Assembly (NCBI GenBank): GCA_964593455.1
Contig: CAZQHK010000005.1
Span: 64,912-128,911 of the forward strand
Source of the DNA: an uncultured bacterium
GTDB lineage: Bacteria; Muiribacteriota; CAYSPT01
Reading direction: 5' to 3'
Length of the DNA stretch: 64,000 nt
Position 1 is the stretch's first letter; each line of letters opens with the position of its first letter. Under the pieces are notes generated by a model. That model was not told where the DNA came from, did no database searches, and saw nothing but the letters and a program-made list of their open reading frames with translations. Position numbers and translations under genes: made by a program. Below, one piece after another: positions 43,410 through 52,300 of the stretch.

Positions 43410-45143
43410 CTAGAACTTCTGCGTCCACTTGCATGTCAACTTGTACTCCTCTTCTTTACCGGTCTGTTTCTTGGATTGGAAATAGTAGTTCATCATAGAC
43501 TTGGGTGATATCTTCTGAAAGACTCGCAGGTACCCGTAGGTCGTACCGCCACCGGCAGTATTGATGTCGCTGTCACGATACTTCAAGTAAGTGCTGATCA
43601 ACCATTTCTTGTTCACCTTGAAATTGATCTTGCCATAGACGGTGCTGTTCGGGTTACCCTCATCCGGAAGATACCGTTCATAATAGACCCTGAAAGAAGT
43701 GCGACTAAGCGGCTTATAGGACCAGGTCGCCCGTGAGGTCTGGTACTCGGATCCCGTTGTCAGTGAATCTGTGTCGACCTTTTTGACCTTGTACATCAGG
43801 TAACTCGACGTACTTAACCGATACTTGATCGACACATCGGACATCGACCGGTCATTGAACTTAAAGGGCGCCGTCAGGAACGGATCGTAACCTTTGTTAT
43901 TGGTGTCCTCCAATTTAATGACAATATCCGTTCGAGCCGATTTCGAACCGGGCAGGCTTCCCAGCCCGGTCTTCAATTCACCATAGAGTCCGTCACCCAG
44001 GTTTTGGAAATAACCGAATTCACCGTAGAGAGAAAGAGTGGCGAAATACTCTCCTTCAACCGCTTTTTTAAGAGCAAATTTTTTGTATCCATAGAAATCC
44101 ATACCGCTCACTTCGTTGTCGAACTGGCGGCTGTGCAGGTTGAAAAATCCCATCCCGGTCTTGGCGTAGTTGCCGCTGCGAGCGTTGATCCCTCCAAAGA
44201 CCAGGCTGTCATCGGAATGACCCTTGATATGCCCATAAGCCAGGGCTATATCCACCGTATCCTCGAAGAATCGCTGGTAGGAGATACCGTCGTTTTTCAG
44301 GATCGTGCCACCACTCCAGTCCCACTCGTCCGGAAATCCGTACATGTTCTTCAGTTGAGATTCAGACATGTACCCGATACGGGAGACGAGTTTCTGGGTT
44401 GGATCGGAGTTGACCCTGGTGGAGATACGTTTCCCATCCAGGTTGGGTTTACTGATGTTGATACTGGGTTTTCTCCCGAACCTGAAGGTCCGCCGGCCGA
44501 CCTGCCAGTCGGATTTTACCGCCCCCAGGCTCTTGAGCCTGTACACGGTCTCCATCTTCTGTTCCTTTTCTTCAGCGGGAGGGGCGGAACCGTTGATCGG
44601 CACACCCAGTTCCTGGCCGAGCGCTCCGGCTTCTTCCAACAACGAATCGAGGCCGCTTGATTTAACCGGTATGTTTACCGGAACCAGTTCGGCATCCCAG
44701 GAGGAGACGGACATATAGAGGTTTCCCAGGCTAGTGTGGTCCGACGACTCGCTTTTGGAGACATCTACCCCGGCGATAACCAGCGTTGTGAGGCCGCCGT
44801 ACTGTGTTTTCAGCTTGCTGTAGACACCGAGATTGTCACCACTGTTGATAGTCTTGTAGGTCTTGAACTGGAATTCACCCGAACGGCTTACCTGCTCGAC
44901 CAGTTTATCTTCATCGACTTCTTCAGCCTGCCGCTCATAGAACAGCTCTTCCAGTTCAGTAAAATCCGGATGTTCTTCATAAAGCAGGAGTTCCTCTTCC
45001 GAGGTGAGTTCGTCCACGATGTCTTCCACGTCCTGGTTAAAATCAACAAAAAGCTGGGCTGAAACCGGCCCGGCCAGGAAGCTGGCCATGATCACCATAA
45101 CACTCAAAATCGGTAGCCAAATCGTCCGCTTATTCATCTTCAT
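43410..45143 (-). CDS. outer-membrane beta-barrel protein, family unknown (577 aa)
   Basis: ATG at 45143 (GGAGG 8 nt upstream). Signal peptide MKMNKRTIWLPILSVMVIMASFLAGPVSA. Alternating beta-strand pattern, with terminal ...KWTQKF (C-terminal Phe). Confidence 0.7.
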   Translation of the reverse strand: MKMNKRTIWLPILSVMVIMASFLAGPVSAQLFVDFNQDVEDIVDELTSEEELLLYEEHPDFTELEELFYERQAEEVDEDKLVEQVSRSGEFQFKTYKTINSGDNLGVYSKLKTQYGGLTTLVIAGVDVSKSESSDHTSLGNLYMSVSSWDAELVPVNIPVKSSGLDSLLEEAGALGQELGVPINGSAPPAEEKEQKMETVYRLKSLGAVKSDWQVGRRTFRFGRKPSINISKPNLDGKRISTRVNSDPTQKLVSRIGYMSESQLKNMYGFPDEWDWSGGTILKNDGISYQRFFEDTVDIALAYGHIKGHSDDSLVFGGINARSGNYAKTGMGFFNLHSRQFDNEVSGMDFYGYKKFALKKAVEGEYFATLSLYGEFGYFQNLGDGLYGELKTGLGSLPGSKSARTDIVIKLEDTNNKGYDPFLTAPFKFNDRSMSDVSIKYRLSTSSYLMYKVKKVDTDSLTTGSEYQTSRATWSYKPLSRTSFRVYYERYLPDEGNPNSTVYGKINFKVNKKWLISTYLKYRDSDINTAGGGTTYGYLRVFQKISPKSMMNYYFQSKKQTGKEEEYKLTCKWTQKF

Positions 45144-45148
45144 GTCCC

Positions 45149-46360
45149 TCACCTCCCCTCTTCCACTGTGAGGAATTTTTTAATCTTATCAAACAGTTTT
45201 TCACCTATTTTCGGAACATTTATCAGGTCTTCCAGCTTCTCGTAGAGACCGTTCAGCTCCCGGTACAGGATGATGTTATTGGCGATCGAGGGTCCTATTC
45301 CCGGCACCGTAACCAGGTCTTCCGCGTAACAGGTGTTGATGTCGATCAGCTTTTTCTTTGGATCACGTAATTCTCCACCACTCCCACGACTGGCCTGCGG
45401 TACATATGGTTTGGGAACTTTCTCCTCCTGATCAATAACAGGTATTTCCTCGGTTTCTTCCTTTTCCACCACCTCATCCGGCTTTGTTTTCTCTCGAGAT
45501 TTCCAGAAATCGAAGGTGAGCGACACCCGGTGCGTGGGCGGCAAAACATCGTGGGTCATGTAAGCGTAATCCACCTGCCAACTCAGGAGATTAAAACCAA
45601 ACCCGGCGGTAAACCGTTTCGGGTTGGTGGAGTAGCCTGCCCGAACAGCAAAATGCTTGCTAACCAGGTACTCTTCTCCGATGTGAATTTCGATCTCCCG
45701 GCCGGTCTCCTGGACCGCGTCCACAGCCAGCGTGAGCCGCGGAAACGCCTGCAGAGCGATCCCTGCCCTGCTTAGTTGCGGAAGTTCCTCATTAACCACA
45801 GGTTTGTTGATATTCCTGGCCATCAAACCAAACTTTAAATGCCGGTTGACATTAACCAGGAGCCCGACATCCAGAGCGAACCCTTCCATGGTAGGCGTGC
45901 TGGTGATGCGGCTGGAGAGCTGCCTGAGGGCCACACCCATCATGTGGCCAGTTCCCATCTCCCGGGCGATGGCGAACGTGTACTCGTCCTCCTGGTAGTT
46001 ACGTCCGCCGAAATGCGACCAACTCCCACCCACGGTGGCCTTCATGTACGGGACCGGGATGGCACCGGCCAGGTAGTCATGCTTGAGCGCATCCATCCCA
46101 AAGAGTTCCGTGCGCATGGTGGTGATTTTCATGTTCTTCACCTGCGGCAGAGCCCCCGGGTTCCAGTAGACGGCCGAAGCATCGTCCGCTACCGCCACGA
46201 AAGCCCCGCCCATCCCGAGCGCCCGGGCGGAAACCATCTTGTCTTCAAACTCCGCGTGAGCCGTACCGGTGGCGGCCAGGCAGCCAACCGTCAACAGCAG
46301 CACCAGCACCCTGCATCGAATAACCCGTCCCTTGCCATTGTCTCGTCTGTAGTTATTCAT
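45149..46360 (-). CDS. PorV/FadL-like outer-membrane barrel fused to a C-terminal ComEA-type helix-hairpin-helix domain
   Basis: Signal peptide, then the SARALGMGGAFVAVADDASAVYWNPGAL signature and a ~280-aa barrel. An acidic linker follows. The C-terminus is DINTCYAEDLVTVPGIGPSIANNIILYRELNGLYEKLEDLINVPKIGEKLFDKIKKFL (two HhH motifs). Confidence 0.7.
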   Translation of the reverse strand: MNNYRRDNGKGRVIRCRVLVLLLTVGCLAATGTAHAEFEDKMVSARALGMGGAFVAVADDASAVYWNPGALPQVKNMKITTMRTELFGMDALKHDYLAGAIPVPYMKATVGGSWSHFGGRNYQEDEYTFAIAREMGTGHMMGVALRQLSSRITSTPTMEGFALDVGLLVNVNRHLKFGLMARNINKPVVNEELPQLSRAGIALQAFPRLTLAVDAVQETGREIEIHIGEEYLVSKHFAVRAGYSTNPKRFTAGFGFNLLSWQVDYAYMTHDVLPPTHRVSLTFDFWKSREKTKPDEVVEKEETEEIPVIDQEEKVPKPYVPQASRGSGGELRDPKKKLIDINTCYAEDLVTVPGIGPSIANNIILYRELNGLYEKLEDLINVPKIGEKLFDKIKKFLTVEEGR

Positions 46361-46373
46361 AACGTATCAGTCC

Positions 46374-49300
46374 TCACTCGTACATGTGCCTGGACACAAT
46401 AACGGAGGTCTCCGCTTTGGCCAGCCGGTAGAGCTCATCCTCGGCGTAGATGCTCATCACATAGATGCCCGTCGGCACCACCTGACCGTGGTCATCTATT
46501 CCGTTCCAGGTGTACTGCACCAATCCTTCCGGCACATTGGTAGCTTTCTCGGCCAGCGTCCGCACGAGCCGGCCTTTCACGTCGTAGACCCGCACCCACA
46601 ACTCGTCCGCGTCGTTGGTAATTCCAAAAGTGAGATACGATTCAGGTTTCAATGAACCCTCGGCGGGGGAGAAAGGACTGGGGCTGACCGAAACATCGTA
46701 GATCTCCATTCTTCGGCCGGGATCGGTATCGCCCACCAGCATATAGATCCCGGGCCGGGTGATCATGGCCGTCACCGTGTTGTCTCCAGAAGCGACATCC
46801 CCGCCGATCTTTTCCCAGTAGGCATCGTCGGAAGCGTTTTTAGCCCCGACGCTGCCTCCGCCCCGTTTACTGAAAAAGCCGACCTTCCTCTCCCGTTTGA
46901 GCGACCTCAATCGCGATCGGCGACGGCGCGCCCACTTCGGTCTGACCGTACCGCCCGGTGCAACCGGGGAGGAAAGATCCTGGTGCCAGTGATAGATAGC
47001 CAGGTTCTTTTCTTCTATCCCGGCAGCTTCTATCAGGTCATCATCGAATCCGAACACCAGGGTCACCGGCCGGGTGAAGGTCAAGGTGTGCGGTTTGATG
47101 TCGAGCGCCACCATGGACGGCACCATGTATTGATTGTCAACCAGGCTGTCCGTCGTGGGTAGATCATTAGCATCCATCTGTTCGATCGTGATTCGGAACG
47201 ATCCCTTGATAACCCCGGCCGCGATTTGAATCTGTGTGCCCTGAGGACCTGACACCACCCCGCCTTGATCGTCGATGATCTCCGATGAGCCGGTACCGAT
47301 GACCACCTCGCCATCGAACTGAGCCGGCACCGTTTCATTGTCGTCATCGTCTATCACCAGGCAGTTCTGCAGACTCAAGGGATAGGTCCCCGAAGGCAGC
47401 GGTACGCCTGCGTTGGGGTTCTTGACCTTGAAGTAGATGACCGCCAGCGGACCATCGCCCGTGACCTCATCCTTGACTCCGGTCACCGAGAACTGGATGA
47501 GCCCTTTCTCGGCCAGGTTTATCTCGTTGAAGCCCAGCCCCATCAGGGAACCTACGGCAATCTGCTCGCCCTCACGGTTTTCGTCCGAATCCTGCAGGTC
47601 CAGATAGGTGGTGTCATACGTTATTTCGAAACCGGCCCCGACCAGGTCCCGGGCGTTGACAATCATGATATCCACATAGAAATACTCGCCTTCGGAGACA
47701 CCTTTTTTCCTGGGGACCACCATCATCTTCATGGTGTTATCCTCGATAGCAATGGTGTACGGAATGTCAGACGGCGTCAGCGCCGGCAGGGTCTTCGTGT
47801 TGACGATATCGGAAGCCTGCAGGTAATACTCGATCCCGCTAAGCGTAACGTCTTCCTGGGGTATCCTCACTTCGTACAGGTTCGTCCCGGCCAACAGGTT
47901 CATGTTCAAAGTCGTATAGCTGTCCCCGCTGAGAGCTTCCCGGTAGTAGAGCCGGACAAAATCGATGGTGCGGTTGCTGAGGATCTTGGCGCGGATTATC
48001 AGCGGATCGCCGATATAGGCAGTACTCACGATAGTGTGAGAAAACTCAAGTGTACTCGGGTTACCTTCGTAAAGGCTGTTCTGATGGCCAGGCGTACCGT
48101 TTTGAGCATGAGGTTCGCTTTCAGCCCAGTTGTAGGCGTCGATTACCGGATCGTTCTTATCCAGCATGTCCGGGTCCTTCTTTTCCAAGGAAAGTCCGTT
48201 GGCATCGGCTCCCCATGAATCGAGATAGGTGACACTGGTCTTGGTTACCGTATCGGAACTGTTGAGACTGATGGTTCCGGACGTGTTGTCGAGCGTGAAG
48301 GTGGGCACATCCACCGCCTGGAAATTCTCGGTGGGATGATCTCCCCAGGTACCGTTTCCGTCACCGTAGACCGACTCGAACGTGTCGAGTTCCTTGGCCA
48401 GCAGCAGGTGCTCACCGACGGCGATGGTCGTACTATCGGGAATGGAGATAGCTTTGTCGGCAATAGTAAGGTTCCAACCGGTGAGATCAACGGAAGAGGC
48501 GCTGCGATTGTACAGTTCGATATACTCCAGACCGCTGTCACCGACCGGGTTATACATGATCTCGTTCAAGACCACCGACGGCAGGCTGATAACGACAATT
48601 TCCTTGGCGTCACTCTTGAGCGAGCCGCCGGGCGTGGTGGCGCTAACCACGAACCGGCCGGAGTTGGAGTCCCGTGCCTGGGCGCTGAGCGAGCCATAGG
48701 TAGCGTACCCGGTACCGGACGAGGACCAGGTAAAGCCGCCGTCCATGGAAACTTCCGCCGACACCGAATCGGTATTGACGTCGATCTGTACCGACGAGGA
48801 AGTGACAATAGAGCCGAAGATGTCAACTACCTGGACCCCTATATCCACGGAAACGCTTACAAACGCGCTGACCGTGCCCGAAGGAGTTATCTCCAGAGCA
48901 TAAGGTTCACCGGGAGCGTAATTTTTCTTGCCCGGCGTGGGAGACGTTACCATCTGCCAATCGGCGGCGGCATTGGTGTCGGTGAAGAGCCGGTCACGAG
49001 CCAGCGAGTTGCCTTCTCCCAGCCCCGCCACTGAAGCGCATGACTCCTCATCGGCGCTTCCCACCCAGCCGCCGGCCGCGATTATCGTGGTCATGTCGGC
49101 GGCCTCGGTCTCGGTCAGAGCATCGCCGTCCATGTTGGCGTAGCAAACGGCGTCGATCAGGTTGTCCTTATGATCGTAGATCACCACCTGGTCGTCGGAA
49201 GTCACCATTCCGGACCGGTCGCTGAAGATGTTGATGACACCATCATCCGATTCCGTATCATCGGTGTCCTCGGTGTCGAAAACGAGAAGAATGAACTCGC

Positions 49301-52300
49301 CGGTCCTGACAATGGTACCGTTGGTGATTGACTTGACAGTGGAATCTATATAGAAACTATATCCCGATATCTCTACGCCGGCGCCGCCGTTGAGATCGTC
49401 GTAACAGTAGACCTCAATCCAGTCGTTAGCCTGCCCGCCCCCGCCCTTGCTCGGGGCGATCTCGGAAATGAGCAGACCCACATTGGGTTTCGGACCGGAG
49501 AGATTGCTCTTCCCCGGAGTGGGTACGGCGGTAACCAGCCAGTCGGCTTTAGAGGCGGTGTCGTCGGGGATACTGGTTTCCTCGTTCGTTATCCGGGCCA
49601 CGCTTTCACCGCCCCCGACCACCGTGGAATCCAGGCAGTCACTTTCCGCGACTTCCGCACCCGCTTTGGTCCAATGGCCGGCGGTGACCAGTGTTTTCAA
49701 GTATTCCTCGCTCAGGTTGGTGAAGGAGCCGTTCTGGTTGGCCCAGACCACCATGTCCACCACGTCACCGGCGGGGGTGTAAATGGCCACCATTTCATCG
49801 GACGAAGTCAAGCCGGTATCGGCGGTGTAGCAATCGATGAAATCACCGGTCAGAGCGCTTTCGTCGGTGCCGCTCGAGTTGTTGTACTGCAAGAGGAGAT
49901 ACTCACCGGTCTTGATGGTGGTGTTGCCGAAAGTTTTGTCGATCGTGGTCTCGTTTTTAGGCTTGATCGTATAGCCCGCCAGGTTGAACCCGTTACCGCT
50001 CAGACCATCGTCCTGGCAGTAGATCTCGATCCAGTCGCTATCGAACCCGCCGCCGCCGCCGTCGAAAGCCACCTCGTTGATTTTCAGTACCGGTTCAGGT
50101 ATCTGGTCCACTATCTGGATGCTCTGGCTTGTCCCGGTATTACCGGAATCCTCGATCTGGATAGTGGTGGTCTGCCCGGTGGCGCCCGTGAGGGTCACCG
50201 GGACGGTAAGCACGCCATCGGTGAACCCGCTGGCACTTTCGGGAGCCACAGAAACGGATCCGCTTGACGAGGAGATCACGATGGTTCCCACGTAAGTGTC
50301 CATGAGGGTGTTGTCTTCGTTTCGGGCGGTAGCCGTGATATCGAAGGCCGTACCGCTCACCGCGTAAGCGGGAGAATCAACATCGAAATGGTGTACCGTG
50401 GGTGGATCGCCGTTATTGGCGCCGGGAGTCGAAGTCGACCGCGGCGTCCAGTCTTCCTTGGAGTTGTTATCCGTGGGCACGCTGTCGCGGGCCATCGACC
50501 AACCGGTCTTCATGGTCGTCGAGAGGAAACAGTCGTTGGGGTCGGCATCGGTAGGCTCGAAATCGGTCCAGGCCTTGTTGGCCGGAGTATAGGCGTCGGC
50601 GCTATCGAGCAGGGTCTGCACGTTACCGAGTTCCGCCGACGGCAGTGCGCCGTCGGAGAAAGCCACACAGTCCAGGAGATTCCCCACCGCGTCGTAGATA
50701 GCCAGGGTTTCATCGGTCGAGGTTATGGAAGTCCAGGCGTCAGAAGAGATGTTCAGTATCCCGTCGCCGCCGGCCTCGGTTTCGTCCGTATCGGCAGTGT
50801 CGGTCGTAAAAACAAGGAACTCACCGGTCTTGATAGTGCAGTCCTGGTTCGGTGAACCGTCGTTGGTAGAGTCGCCGAAAATCTTGTTTTTGCTGGTCCC
50901 GGAACCGTCCAGGTTGGAAATATAGGCGCCCTTGATATTGACCCCGTTACCGTTGTTCCCGTCATCGACACAATAAATCTCCACCCAGTCTTTATCGCCG
51001 GTTTTATTCTTCACCAGCACTTCGTTGATCATCAACCGGGCGGTCACCGGGGCCGGGGTAAGCGCTCCCGGGTTGGGGCTGTCCAGCACCATCCAGTCGG
51101 CTTTGGCGTTGGTGTCGGTGTTCAGGTTATCACGGGCGATGGACTGGCTACTCGACACCGTGGTCGAATCGATACAGTCGCTCTCGGCGGCGCTGCCGCC
51201 GGCGATGGTCCAGTTGCCCGAAGGGACCAGCAGATCCACCTGTGTCTGTTCAGTGGTGAACGTTCCGTCCTGGTTCGACCAGCACACTCCGTCGATGTAG
51301 TTGCCCAGGGCGTCAACGAATACCTGCTGTTCATCGGTGGAGGTCACGCTGCTCTGAGCTTCGGTGAAAATCTCGACCGTGTTGTCCAGGCTGCCGCCGG
51401 TGGCGGCGGTTTCGTCGGTCCCCGCCTGGTCGTAGTAAAGAATGAGAAACTCACCGGTCTTGATGGTGCAATCCTGGTCGGCGACCCCATCGTTGTCCGA
51501 ATCGCCGAGCACTTTCTTGTGCGTGGTGTTGGTGCTGTCGAGATCGGTGATCGAGCAGTTTTTCAAGTTAACGCCGTTACCGCTGTTGTTGTCGTCCACG
51601 CAGTAGAATTCAACCCAGTCCGCGCTGCCGGCAACCATTACCTCGGTAACTTTGATGGTGGCGCTCAAAGCAGTGGCCGAAGCTGTTCCGGGTGTGGGAT
51701 TGACATACCTGACCCAGTCGGCTTTAGCGCCGGTATCAGTGGAGCTGGCGTCACGGGCAGTGGACTCATCGTTGCCGATGGTGCTTGAATCGACACAATC
51801 ACTCTCCACTACCGCTCCCCCCGCCCTGGTCCAGTGCCCGGCAGTACAGAGCCCGTCCAGATAGGTCTCGTTTAGGTTCGAGAACGAACCGCTCTGGTTG
51901 GCCCAGACGATCATGTCCAAAACCGCTTCGGAGGAGTCGTACAGAACGATCACATCGTCGGTGCCGGAAGGACCGGACTTATCGGTGTAGATATCTACGG
52001 CGTCACCGGTAAGCTGTGTCTCATCGGTGCCGTCGACATAGTGGAGGATGAGATACTCGCCGGTCTTGACGGTACAGTCGCCGATAGTCTTATTGATCCC
52101 GGTCTCGTTGCTGGCCCGGATAGTGTACCCGCTCAGGTTGAACCCGGAACCGCTCACTCCGTCGTCAACACAGTAGATCTCGACCCAATCCTCGGTAAAC
52201 CCGCCGCCGCCGCCGTTAAAAGCCACTTCGTTGATCCGGAAAACGGGAGCCGGAAGTACGGTCACCACGTTGATGGTGCCGCTGGTGCCAGATTCACCAC

